From sequence record NC_016571.1: a stretch of 64,000 bases of DNA, one strand, 5' to 3'. Position numbers and translations under genes: made by a program. The notes under the pieces were generated by a model. The model was not told where the DNA came from. It made no database searches and was given only the letters and a program-made list of their open reading frames with translations. Positions 28,840-38,301 of this stretch are shown here, piece by piece (the stretch's first letter is position 1; the number at the start of each line of letters is the position of its first letter).

Positions 28840-29353
28840 GCATCTTAAATTCGGTCTGGTTCCATCTGCTTTAGATATGGGTGTTGTTGAGAACAGCGAA
28901 ACCGTTGCAAAGAGTTTCCTTGATGCTTTCAACGGTTTTGGTCTGATGCAGGATAACAACTCTCACGTCGAAGTGTTCCAGGTCATGCGTCGTTACATCG
29001 GCAAGGATTTCCGTAACTGGCTGATCGTTAACTTCCGTCATGGTGCTGGCGCTCGTAAAGAGCTGGTAAGAAAGATTGTTGGTTATGTAGAAGGTCGTAT
29101 CTCTGGTCGTTCTGTAATTGGGCAACTGAATATCGACTTCAACCGCATCCAGCATATCTCTGCCAACGGTGAACCGATCACTACATCTATCATCTATGAT
29201 GAGTATGATGAATCCCGTAACAAGTACCGTGTAGAGGACGTTGACTTCAATTCAATTGATGATCGTCACCTGTACGACTTCATGGCACTCATTGGTCCAG
29301 AGATGGCTGCTAAGTTTATCCTGAGCATGGATGGTATCTTCTATGACCGCTAG
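28823..29353 (+). CDS. Hypothetical protein in the head operon
   Basis: 176 aa, overlapping both neighbours. Confidence 0.7.
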   Translation: MATEFKHLKFGLVPSALDMGVVENSETVAKSFLDAFNGFGLMQDNNSHVEVFQVMRRYIGKDFRNWLIVNFRHGAGARKELVRKIVGYVEGRISGRSVIGQLNIDFNRIQHISANGEPITTSIIYDEYDESRNKYRVEDVDFNSIDDRHLYDFMALIGPEMAAKFILSMDGIFYDR

Positions 29354-30608
29354 TGTTCTCAAAGATCTGAAGATGGCTGAGATCTCTTTAGCGAAAGTTC
29401 AAGATGTCGGTAAAATGACGGATGAAGCACGTGACATTCTGAATAACTTCCGTACTGATGTGCGGATTAAAGAAACTGTTCAGAACGCCTTGGAGAATAT
29501 CGAGTCTAAACAAGACTACGAACTGACTCCGAGTATTGCCGCTGAGATTGATAACGTTATCAATACTCACTCTGATATGGCAGTGCGTGCAGGCCAGCCG
29601 GTGATTGCCGGTACTGAAGCTTTCGGGATTTCTCTACTTCCAGCGGAATGGCGTCGTACACGAGCACTAGCTCTGCGCGAAATGCTTGATGAAACGTATC
29701 GTAACATCAAACGCTGGGCTAACCAATTGTCAGACAACTTCCAGCGTACCTGGGTTGAGCTACACACATCCACAGAAGTATTAGAAACTCGCCTGGAATC
29801 CCTTGATGCTACTATTGATGTTGTCGGGGAGATTAAGGAAGGTTTCAAAACGATCGAACTGAATGAGTTAATTGCTCGTTCTATTTCTAAGAGCGGTAAA
29901 GTTATCACTACCGATCTGGATCGCACTTTGCTGGGTGATGTAAACTACATTATGTCTTGTATTAAACTGTGGGAGATGGAACAGGTTCGTTTCAAGAACA
30001 CCATCATCCGTTACTTCGGTAATAAGAACAATACAGACATCACTGTAATCAAGCGTGAAATTCCTAAGATGTTTGATCAACGCCTCAAGGCACCAGGTGA
30101 GGATATTTCCCTGTTGGCTATGGGTACACGTCCAATGCTGGATGGTCATTACTTCGAAGGTTTGACAGTTGCACCACAGTGGATCAAAGATAACATCAAA
30201 GGTCCTGAAGATGCAACCACTTACGCTGAAGCGTTATCTCACACCGGTTACCATGTAATCTCTGATGAGAAATATCGCGTAAATAAAACAACGGTTAACA
30301 TTCTTACTTTGAATCAGATCTATGGTGTTCGTGATATCATCAATACGATCATTAACAGATTGAAATCATTGAATGTTGAAAGTGATCCGGTTAACTTTAA
30401 CCCGGATGATGTTAAGGACGTCCTGAACTCTCTTCGGGCAGCCGAATCTGGTGAAGCACGTGCTTTGCAATATGGTACTATTACTGCTGACTATCAGTTT
30501 GATGTCAATGGTTTTAAAACAGGCGTCTCTGGAGCGTTAACAGTTCTGGCTAGTCATCTGATCACCATGTTGAATCAACATCTCGAATGCTATACCGTCG
30601 AACAATAA
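29331..30608 (+). CDS. Putative internal head protein (probable start near 29343)
   Basis: IAGTEAFG G-x-E site about 95 aa from the N-terminus. Confidence 0.6.
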   Translation: MVSSMTASVLKDLKMAEISLAKVQDVGKMTDEARDILNNFRTDVRIKETVQNALENIESKQDYELTPSIAAEIDNVINTHSDMAVRAGQPVIAGTEAFGISLLPAEWRRTRALALREMLDETYRNIKRWANQLSDNFQRTWVELHTSTEVLETRLESLDATIDVVGEIKEGFKTIELNELIARSISKSGKVITTDLDRTLLGDVNYIMSCIKLWEMEQVRFKNTIIRYFGNKNNTDITVIKREIPKMFDQRLKAPGEDISLLAMGTRPMLDGHYFEGLTVAPQWIKDNIKGPEDATTYAEALSHTGYHVISDEKYRVNKTTVNILTLNQIYGVRDIINTIINRLKSLNVESDPVNFNPDDVKDVLNSLRAAESGEARALQYGTITADYQFDVNGFKTGVSGALTVLASHLITMLNQHLECYTVEQ

Positions 30609-30610
30609 TA

Positions 30611-30648
30611 GGCTAGGGGTTTCGGCCCCTAGCCCTTTATGTATGTTG
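30611..30648 (+). terminator. Hairpin (UUCG) with CTTTATGTATG tail
   Basis: GGCTAGGGGT-TTCG-GCCCCTAGCC. Confidence 0.8.
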
Positions 30649-30726
30649 TCCGATACTATGCTTAATACATTGCAATGTACATTGGCAGAACCAATTGGTT
30701 ATTCATCTCCTTAAGGAAATAAAGAA

Positions 30727-31767
30727 ATGTCATTTAAAGATATGTTCACCAGCATCGCTGGCCAGGAAAGCGCCGATCTGACCCCAGAAGTTATCGAAGT
30801 TGCTGCCGTTACTGCTGAAGAAGCAGCTGAAGCAATTATCGAAAAAGAACTGGCTGTTCATGAAAAAGACCAGGTAGAAGCTATTGCTCTGGTTGAGAAA
30901 CACGACAACGCTATCGAAGTTCTGGAAGAGAAGATCGAAGAACTGCAAGAGTGTGTTGACGGTATGGAAGCTATGTCTAATGGCTCCCGTGACTTCAACG
31001 CCGAACTGTTCACTCACTTCCACAAAACTGCAATCAAACACGCTAACTCTTTCGGCGCTAAAATGCAGTACCAGGGTGTTGAGAACTTTGCTGACGTTGG
31101 TCTGGCACAGGTCAATGGTTTCGAAGCTCTGAAAGATCTGAAAGAAGTTGCATCTAAGGGCAAAGAAGCCGCTAAGAAATTCCTGGCTGAATTGTTCGCT
31201 CAGGTTTCAGCCGCTATCGGTGCTCTGTTCAATGGCGCTGGCGCGATGGCTAAGAAAGCTGAAGCCATGAAAGCTGCTCTCGGCAAGAAAGAATCCAAAG
31301 AAGGTGATATCACCATCTCTGGTCTGCTGAAAGACAATGGTGCTGATGACTTCCTGAACAAGCTGACCGGTGCTTTTGGTATCGTTAGTTCTGGAGGTTC
31401 CGAAGAAGGCGCTGCTGCTAAAGTTGCCGAAGCTCTGAAGTTTGGTGCCGGTGAATCTCGTTCGGTTAAAGCTCTGTCCATCGCCGATTGTGGTTCTCGT
31501 CTGACTGAAGTTATCAACTTCGGTAAAGGTATTCAGACCATCAAAGGTAAAGCTGAAGCTCTGGTTAAGAGCAACGATGCTGCGGCAGCCAAACTGTTCA
31601 AAGAACGTTCTGCTGACGCTACCGATAAGTTTGATGCAACCAAAGCACAATCCGAAATGCGCAAGTCAGTTAAAGAACTGCTGGCTGGTATCCGTACCGG
31701 TGGTGAAGTGCTGAAGGCTAAACTGAAAGCCGTGCAGGACTCTGTACAAGATAAGAAAGAAGATTAA
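30727..31767 (+). CDS. Internal head (ejection) protein paralog 1
   Basis: MSFKDMF start; four G-x-E sites (GQES, GMEA, GVEN, GFEA). N-terminal ~140 aa homologous to the next two ORFs. Confidence 0.75.
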   Translation: MSFKDMFTSIAGQESADLTPEVIEVAAVTAEEAAEAIIEKELAVHEKDQVEAIALVEKHDNAIEVLEEKIEELQECVDGMEAMSNGSRDFNAELFTHFHKTAIKHANSFGAKMQYQGVENFADVGLAQVNGFEALKDLKEVASKGKEAAKKFLAELFAQVSAAIGALFNGAGAMAKKAEAMKAALGKKESKEGDITISGLLKDNGADDFLNKLTGAFGIVSSGGSEEGAAAKVAEALKFGAGESRSVKALSIADCGSRLTEVINFGKGIQTIKGKAEALVKSNDAAAAKLFKERSADATDKFDATKAQSEMRKSVKELLAGIRTGGEVLKAKLKAVQDSVQDKKED

Positions 31768-31787
31768 TCTTTCTGATTAACTATTAC

Positions 31788-31825
31788 TAGGTAGAAGGGC
31801 TTCGGTCCTTCTACCTAATTTTATG
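31788..31825 (+). terminator. Hairpin (UUCG) with TTTTATG tail
   Basis: TAGGTAGAAGGGC-TTCG-GTCCTTCTACCTA. Confidence 0.85.
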
Positions 31826-31855
31826 AATTCCAAAATACCGTTAAGGAAATAACAA

Positions 31856-32932
31856 ATGTCTTATCAAGATCTGTTTAAAAATATTCTGGGTGGTGAGTCG
31901 GCGGAACTGACCCCAAGCCAGGTTGATGTAATTGAGAAGACGGCAGAAGAAGTTGCCGAAGATATTATTGAACGTGACATTGCTGTTGCGGAGAAAGACT
32001 TTGCAGTCACTCAAACTACTCTGGAAGCTCATTCCGATAAACTGGAAGTTCTGGATGGTCTGGTTGAAGATCTGGAAGAATCTCTGGATGGGATGGAAGC
32101 CATGACTACTGGTCATTTCAACCCAGAACTGTTTGCGTCTCACTATAACAAAGCAGTTAAGATCGGTAATCGCTTTGGCCTGAACCTGGAACGTCATGGT
32201 GTGGAAAGCTTCTCTTCTAAAGAGACTGCTAACTACACAGTACACGCCGGTGTTGAATCACTGAAAGAAGTCGGTAAGAAAGCTGTGGAAGAAGGTAAGA
32301 AGATTCTGGTTGAAATCTGGAACTCCCTTATCGCGGGTATCAGTAACTTCGTTACTATTTTCAGCTCAGTCAAAACAAAAGCACAAGGGTTGCTGGACGG
32401 CCTGAGCGAAGACAAACTGGTTACCGGTACGGTGAAGCTTCCAAGCGATTCCTTCCTGCTTTACAATGGTAAAACGAATGACTTCTATAAGCGTCTGGTA
32501 AGCATCGCTAGAGCATTCAACAACTACACCCCAAATGAAGACTCCTATACCAATATGGTCAATAGCATAGAAGGTAAAATTGGCGATGGTGGTAAAGTGG
32601 TTGCTAACAAGGACTCTGGTTCTGTTTCTGTTGAGAAGGCTGGTGAAGGTAAATCAGAATCTCAGGCACTGGGTTTGAACGGTGTTAAGTCACTGCTGCT
32701 GGATGTTGTTGAAGGCACTGACGAACTCCTGAAAGCTCAAGCTAACACCAAACAGCTTCAGATGAAACGTGACCAGGCAATTGCCAAAATGGGCTCTGGC
32801 GCTAAAGAAGAGAACTTCGTTAACCAGAAGAAATACGGTCGTCTGTCTTGCAAACTGGTACTGCAAGCTATGGCTGTTCACACTCGTATTCTGAAAGCTC
32901 AGTTCGCTGTTGCTAAAGCAAACTTTAAATAA
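31856..32932 (+). CDS. Internal head (ejection) protein paralog 2
   Basis: MSYQDLF start; GGES, GMEA, GVES, GVES; shared FN..LF..HY.KA motif. Confidence 0.75.
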   Translation: MSYQDLFKNILGGESAELTPSQVDVIEKTAEEVAEDIIERDIAVAEKDFAVTQTTLEAHSDKLEVLDGLVEDLEESLDGMEAMTTGHFNPELFASHYNKAVKIGNRFGLNLERHGVESFSSKETANYTVHAGVESLKEVGKKAVEEGKKILVEIWNSLIAGISNFVTIFSSVKTKAQGLLDGLSEDKLVTGTVKLPSDSFLLYNGKTNDFYKRLVSIARAFNNYTPNEDSYTNMVNSIEGKIGDGGKVVANKDSGSVSVEKAGEGKSESQALGLNGVKSLLLDVVEGTDELLKAQANTKQLQMKRDQAIAKMGSGAKEENFVNQKKYGRLSCKLVLQAMAVHTRILKAQFAVAKANFK

Positions 32933-32937
32933 TATCT

Positions 32938-32976
32938 AGCTAGAGTGGGGAATTCCCCACTCTAGCTTTATGTTTG
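32938..32976. terminator. Perfect 30-bp palindrome with TTATGTTT tail
   Basis: AGCTAGAGTGGGGAATTCCCCACTCTAGCT. Confidence 0.85.
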
Positions 32977-33026
32977 TCTGTTGAATATTATGGCCTACTA
33001 CTTAAGTATACTTAAAGGATTTATAT

Positions 33027-34238
33027 ATGTCTTTCAAAGATCTGTTCTCCGGTATCTCTGGTACCGAATCCATGGATATTATTCCAGATACTCAACCTGT
33101 GGTAGTTGAACAAGTTGTGTACAGCCCTGAAGAAGCTGCGCTGATTGTTAATGATCGCGATGTAGCTATTAACGACACTGTCGTCACCCAACTGACCAAC
33201 GTTGTGGATAATACTGCAACGGCTATGGAAGTTCTGACTGATAAAGTTGAAGAACTCCAAACTAGCATCGAAGGTATGGAATCAATGCGTTCCGGTAAAG
33301 TTGAGTTTAACGCGGGTCTGTTCGCTCATCACTATAACAAGGCAGCTAAGATCAGTGCTCAGTTTGGTGCTAAACCACAACATCTGGGTGCTGAGTCTTT
33401 CACTTCCAAGGATGAGCTGGGTCAAGAGCTTCTTGACGGTTGTGAAGCCTTTAAAGATATCGCTAAGAAAGCTGGCGGTAAAGTTAAAGAGATGTTCATT
33501 GCTCTCTATAACGGGTTCCTGGACCTCTTCGATAAATACATCGCTGGGTATAAGAACCTGGGTCAACGTGCCACCACTCTGCTTAGTCAAGTTACTAAAG
33601 ACGCTAAGGATATGGTTGCTGCTGATAAAGTTAAACTCCCAGCTGCATGTGCGTTCGTTGATGATAAAGGTCAAGCGTCCGATATCCCTCAACAGGTTAT
33701 TGCATTGGCTAATGGTCTGAAATCCATTGGCTCTACCGCACATCCTGATGACGTCATGAAAGCAGTTGATTTCGCGACTAAAGGTATTCTGGATCTCGGT
33801 AAGAAATCTCAGATGGGTACCGATGAAACCACCGATACCTATAAAGTAGAATTCAACGACGTTCACTTCACTCTGGTTGTTCCTCGTGAAGTTAAAGGTC
33901 TGGATCAGTTGGCTCTGAAAGATATCGGTACCGATAGCAAAGCTCGTGAAGTAAGTGGAATGGCTCCTAACCAGTTGATCAGCCTGCTGAAAGAAATTGA
34001 AAGCTACTGTAAGAAACTGGAAGCGGTTGATCTTTCCCGTAAAGGTCTGACTACTATCCGTGATAACGCGATCGCACGTACCAATGCTGGCTTTGAAGCC
34101 AAGAACGTTCAGAACCTGCACGCTGGTATGCTGAAGCTGTGCAAAGGTGTATCTGAACTGTCTGGTCGTTCTATCAAAGGTCAGTTGGCTTTCGTACAAG
34201 CTCAGATCTCTCAGTCTACTAAGAAAAAAGAAGACTAA
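33027..34238 (+). CDS. Internal head (ejection) protein paralog 3
   Basis: MSFKDLF start; GTES, GMES, GAES, GCEA. Confidence 0.75.
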   Translation: MSFKDLFSGISGTESMDIIPDTQPVVVEQVVYSPEEAALIVNDRDVAINDTVVTQLTNVVDNTATAMEVLTDKVEELQTSIEGMESMRSGKVEFNAGLFAHHYNKAAKISAQFGAKPQHLGAESFTSKDELGQELLDGCEAFKDIAKKAGGKVKEMFIALYNGFLDLFDKYIAGYKNLGQRATTLLSQVTKDAKDMVAADKVKLPAACAFVDDKGQASDIPQQVIALANGLKSIGSTAHPDDVMKAVDFATKGILDLGKKSQMGTDETTDTYKVEFNDVHFTLVVPREVKGLDQLALKDIGTDSKAREVSGMAPNQLISLLKEIESYCKKLEAVDLSRKGLTTIRDNAIARTNAGFEAKNVQNLHAGMLKLCKGVSELSGRSIKGQLAFVQAQISQSTKKKED

Positions 34239-34249
34239 CAAACATAATC

Positions 34250-34281
34250 GGATAGGGGGCTCTCGCCTCCTATCCTTTATG
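34250..34281 (+). terminator. Hairpin with TTTATG tail
   Basis: GGATAGGGGGC-TCTC-GCCTCCTATCC-TTTATG. Confidence 0.75.
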
Positions 34282-34311
34282 AATGCTATGATCTAAACTA
34301 GGAGCTTAACG

Positions 34312-35397
34312 ATGGGCAAATTAATTCCGGATCCAAAAGCCCCGAACGAATCCACCGATTACATCTATGGCGAACGTTTGGCGCCGTTCGAAGAAAGAAT
34401 GAATTTCTTTCAGAACGAAAAGGTCGTGGTTAAGAAAGACAACGTTAAGGATGAAGATAAGGCTGAAGTAGATGGCCTAGAATCGCTCATACAACGTTTC
34501 AGTGATTGGGGTAAGCTAAGTTTACCTGGGTCAGTTGAAGTGGCTGTAGAGGGCGGTACAGTAGCTGGTGTTGAGGGTAGTGATCAACCTATCCCTTGGA
34601 CTAAGTACTTTATTCAGCTTGCTAAAGAAGCGGTTGATTTCATTCTTAACTTTATTAACAACCGTATTGCACGTATTGACAACCGAACCTACCGGACGTC
34701 TCTGAACCGTAAACGATTGGGTGTGAAATCAGTAGAGGTAACTTACCCTGCTGGTATCCGTCGTTTGATTGTTCCGCTGACTATCTCTACCGACCCTAAT
34801 TGGGTTGTCGGTTCTATTGACACGCTGCGTGACTTCTATAAGCAGTCCATCCAAGCTTATCGCTTCCTCACTGCTTCTATTAAGAATGCCGGTGGTGAAA
34901 CATTTGATCTAACTCGTTCGGTAGATGAAACTATCCGTGGTGTTGCCAAATGTTTTAAAATGAAAGCTCAGGGTGAAACGTACGGTACCGATATTCTTCC
35001 TGGTAACAGAAGAATGTACCTGAACGAAGTCACCGATGGTAGCACGGGTGGTATCGGCATCTATTTCTCATCAAGCGGAACTGATGCACGTATGCGTACC
35101 AATGTCTTTACCCCAACAGGGTATTTGATTGACAACACACTGAAGTCCATCGATTCAACGATCAAAGAGATTCGCTCTAACCAGAGTACGGTCTCTCAGT
35201 TGTACAGAACGTTTGAACGCGATGTGGTTAAGTACCAGACAATCAATAACCTTCGTATGGGTGCAGATGGTCGTCAGTATCTCGGGTGGTTAGTTCGCTT
35301 TGCTAAACGTCTCATGAACATGGTTCTGATTTACGTTATCAACGGACTTGACTGTGGTCTTGACTTCTGTAATGCGGGTATCCAGGATGACAATTGA
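34312..35397 (+). CDS. Putative internal head protein
   Basis: DGLES and AGVEG sites followed by an amphipathic helix. Confidence 0.6.
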   Translation: MGKLIPDPKAPNESTDYIYGERLAPFEERMNFFQNEKVVVKKDNVKDEDKAEVDGLESLIQRFSDWGKLSLPGSVEVAVEGGTVAGVEGSDQPIPWTKYFIQLAKEAVDFILNFINNRIARIDNRTYRTSLNRKRLGVKSVEVTYPAGIRRLIVPLTISTDPNWVVGSIDTLRDFYKQSIQAYRFLTASIKNAGGETFDLTRSVDETIRGVAKCFKMKAQGETYGTDILPGNRRMYLNEVTDGSTGGIGIYFSSSGTDARMRTNVFTPTGYLIDNTLKSIDSTIKEIRSNQSTVSQLYRTFERDVVKYQTINNLRMGADGRQYLGWLVRFAKRLMNMVLIYVINGLDCGLDFCNAGIQDDN

Positions 35398-35902
35398 TAT
35401 TATCAACGTCAATGGTCGGCATACAAAACAGCTGGTCATTGATGCATTCAATAAAGTCAATGGTACTCAGGTAAATCCTGATTTCCAACAGCTCGAGTTT
35501 GAAAGAACAGGTGACAGTAATAAGGTTATGTTGCATAACCCTGGTTCTCAAAAAGGAGCTCTTATTAATAAGATCTCTCTTAGTGACCTGTTCCCCAAAA
35601 CTATCGACCTGAGACCATTCAAAGAACGTACGGGTAATCTACCCGAGTATAACGAGAATGCTGTTAAGTTAATTAACGATAGACACAACACAGAACTTGT
35701 TCACCCAGGTAAAGATGTTCTAAAGGGTCGGACTAACATTCTTGTTGATGATGTTAAGATGTTCCTTCTGTTTTGTCGTGTTTATGGTTTCTACGAACTT
35801 GATATTTCTGAAGTTGAGATTTACAACTTTGGGACATCGCTCGTTATCACACCAAACCAAAACAACCAAATCTACACTGGTACACTTGAGGTCTTAATAT
35901 GA
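35348..35902 (+). CDS. Putative virion structural protein (probable start ATG 35387)
   Basis: Structural operon; C-terminal YG.ELD...I...N..Y.GTL pattern. Confidence 0.55.
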   Translation: MTVVLTSVMRVSRMTIDIINVNGRHTKQLVIDAFNKVNGTQVNPDFQQLEFERTGDSNKVMLHNPGSQKGALINKISLSDLFPKTIDLRPFKERTGNLPEYNENAVKLINDRHNTELVHPGKDVLKGRTNILVDDVKMFLLFCRVYGFYELDISEVEIYNFGTSLVITPNQNNQIYTGTLEVLI

Positions 35903-36483
35903 CTTATGCCAATTCTGATAACTACCTACTGCTCAAGCAGCTACTGGTAGCTTTGAAGTTAAAGCATCTGGGTAGTATCGTAGAAGTTGGCAATATCGAG
36001 ATTACCAAGGATGGTGGACTCACTGATAAAATCTGTGAGTTAATGGCTACCATGGAAGCTGACTTCACTTTACCATATGCTCTGCTACGCGACATGCCGG
36101 TCCATATCGACATGTATCATATCCTGGACAGAATGCCAGCACTACATGACACCATCATCACAGACGACGCTATGGCGCCTAGTTTGGATGATAAGGATGG
36201 TCTTTACCGTTTGGTATTCAGTGCTCCAGATATTGAAGGGTTCGGGATCCAAGCGAAGGGTAAACTGAACTCCTATTCTAATACTCGGTTACTGGCTGGT
36301 CGCTTAGTTGAGGCCGCTTCATTAGGACTGACTCGCGTTCGCAAATGGGCTGAGAAATCAGATGACCCTATTCCATTGACGCAGATGTTAACTTTGCTCA
36401 ATGCGGTAGAAATCATTGACTGGCTCTTTGCATACACCAACGATTATTACGGGGTTCCTGAAAATGACCTTAAACGAGAATAA
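35899..36483 (+). CDS. Hypothetical protein
   Basis: ATGA-coupled start; 194 aa. Confidence 0.7.
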   Translation: MTYANSDNYLLLKQLLVALKLKHLGSIVEVGNIEITKDGGLTDKICELMATMEADFTLPYALLRDMPVHIDMYHILDRMPALHDTIITDDAMAPSLDDKDGLYRLVFSAPDIEGFGIQAKGKLNSYSNTRLLAGRLVEAASLGLTRVRKWAEKSDDPIPLTQMLTLLNAVEIIDWLFAYTNDYYGVPENDLKRE

Positions 36484-37303
36484 CATTGACAACGAGTTCC
36501 AAGTAGTCCAGTTCCACCTGGATGGTTGTGAAGCTCTGAACAATGCTATCAACAGTAACGCAACACTGGCTGGCAATGAAAGTTATCTCCACCTTCATCT
36601 GGATGCTTTAAGTTATTCCGGTATGGAAGCAGGTAACAAGTATATTGACAGTCTGAAGGAAGCGGGCAAACGCCTCTATAAAGAAGTGACTGATATGCTC
36701 AAGCGTATTCGTGAGTACTTCTCTGGCGAAGGTAAAGATGCGGCTGACGCTCGTCTTAATGAGGCAAAAGAAACTTCCGATGCTCTCGGTAAGATGACGC
36801 CTACTGCTCCATTGCCTGATGACCACCCGGCTCGTAACCCGGATACTTACATCAAAGATCTGGAAGGTGGTGTTGACTTCAATGAACTGATTGAAGAAGA
36901 CAGTAAACTTCGGGGCGCTATGGAAAAGGTACGTCGTGCCTTTGAACCTGTTAAGAATGCGGCAACTGTAGGTCAGTTGCGTGCAGTCTATGCCCAGGCC
37001 ATTAAGGCATCTGAAGATGCTATCAATGTGATTTCCCGTAGCCTGGATGAAAAAGTTCGTAAAGCAGAAGCAGCGGCTTCTAAATTGCGTAATCCTAAAA
37101 CACCTAAAGACACTGATCCTAAAGAAGTTTCAGATGCGGTGAAGCAGGAAAACCAGGAAGCTACCAATACGGCTAAGATTGAAACACGTCAGGCTCGTAT
37201 TGTCGGCGGAATGCGTAACAAGATCGTTGCTGCGCTAGGTCACATCCAGTCATCTGGGCGTGGTCTGAAAGCCAAGATGCCTAAGTCCAAGTTTAAGGGG
37301 TAA
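36416..37303 (+). CDS. Putative internal head protein (probable start ATG 36463)
   Basis: DGCEA, AGNES and SGMEA, then amphipathic helix YIDSLKEAGKRLYKEVTDMLKRIREYF. Confidence 0.65.
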   Translation: MTGSLHTPTIITGFLKMTLNENNIDNEFQVVQFHLDGCEALNNAINSNATLAGNESYLHLHLDALSYSGMEAGNKYIDSLKEAGKRLYKEVTDMLKRIREYFSGEGKDAADARLNEAKETSDALGKMTPTAPLPDDHPARNPDTYIKDLEGGVDFNELIEEDSKLRGAMEKVRRAFEPVKNAATVGQLRAVYAQAIKASEDAINVISRSLDEKVRKAEAAASKLRNPKTPKDTDPKEVSDAVKQENQEATNTAKIETRQARIVGGMRNKIVAALGHIQSSGRGLKAKMPKSKFKG

Positions 37304-37305
37304 CC

Positions 37306-38226
37306 ATGAGCTATTCATTTAAGGAAGATGTCACCGCCAGATTACCGGACGGTCACTCCTTAATACGAATGTACTCAGTAGGTGAATCCGAAACCCACAT
37401 AGAAACTCTTAAGGGCTCCATTAAGCATACTTTCATAATGGCCAAGGTGGATGTCTCACCTTGGTTCCTTAAACTCCCTACAATCGCTCTCAAAGAGAAT
37501 GCGACCTATAATGACCTTTATGCTTTAATTAGCGAGGTCTATTCGTTAGGGTTAGTTGAAGGTGTTGACTATTTTAATGCTCAGCCCGTAAACCCCACAG
37601 AAATCAAGCAGTACTTCGCATTGCCTATTTTGAAGGATAGCCATGGTTATCGTGGTGAAATGCGTTGTTATGCGATTAAGGATGATTTCTCGGGCATCAG
37701 TGGTCATGTACAACGTGATCTTACTGAAGTTGATATGTTGGAAGAATTCACTCGACTGAAGATTCGTAACTACCTGGCTGGTAACCTCTTTACTTATGAC
37801 CGTCCTATGTTTATCGATGATCGGTTAAGTATCGGGTTTATCGACTATGTCTCTTCTTCCAGTTACGATGAGTTAGGTCCTATCGGTCCGGCTTTACTTC
37901 GTGAAGAATTAATTCAGTGTTCTGTTGTTGATGTGTTCAACGATGGTATCTCTGATGTCTCAATTCTTAAGACTGCGTCCAACGAACTATCCTTCTTACG
38001 TTATCTTTCTGAAAAGGGTGATTTACCTTCTCTTAAAAATTACGAGAGAATTGATCTTGAGATAGATGACTCGAAAGGGTTGCCTATTGGAGATAGTGAT
38101 AGTAGTTCGGAGAATCCGGGTCAGGGGAAAGGGGATATTAATAACACGAACGATAGTGAGTTTCCTAATTCCTCTACCGGAGGTAACTGGGAAGTAGATA
38201 AACCAGTAGAGATTGAAATCATTTAA
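37306..38226 (+). CDS. Putative virion structural protein with a low-complexity C-terminal tail
   Basis: 306 aa; D/S/N/G-rich last ~55 aa. Confidence 0.6.
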   Translation: MSYSFKEDVTARLPDGHSLIRMYSVGESETHIETLKGSIKHTFIMAKVDVSPWFLKLPTIALKENATYNDLYALISEVYSLGLVEGVDYFNAQPVNPTEIKQYFALPILKDSHGYRGEMRCYAIKDDFSGISGHVQRDLTEVDMLEEFTRLKIRNYLAGNLFTYDRPMFIDDRLSIGFIDYVSSSSYDELGPIGPALLREELIQCSVVDVFNDGISDVSILKTASNELSFLRYLSEKGDLPSLKNYERIDLEIDDSKGLPIGDSDSSSENPGQGKGDINNTNDSEFPNSSTGGNWEVDKPVEIEII

Positions 38227-38233
38227 CTAAGAT

Positions 38234-38268
38234 CCTATTACTCCTTAATCGGGGTAATAGGGTTTTGA
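38234..38268 (+). terminator. Hairpin CCTATTACTCC-TTAATC-GGGGTAATAGG
   Basis: Same architecture and near-identical loop as the 8521 hairpin. Confidence 0.75.
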
Positions 38269-38301
38269 TGTTATGATTGTAATTAAGAGGGATACAACAC
38301 T

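Noticed and set aside
33282-34241. 319-aa antisense ORF over head paralog 3; similar shadows at 12911..13576 and 27442..28104
   Set aside because: All are in register with strongly codon-biased sense genes; same artefact as above.
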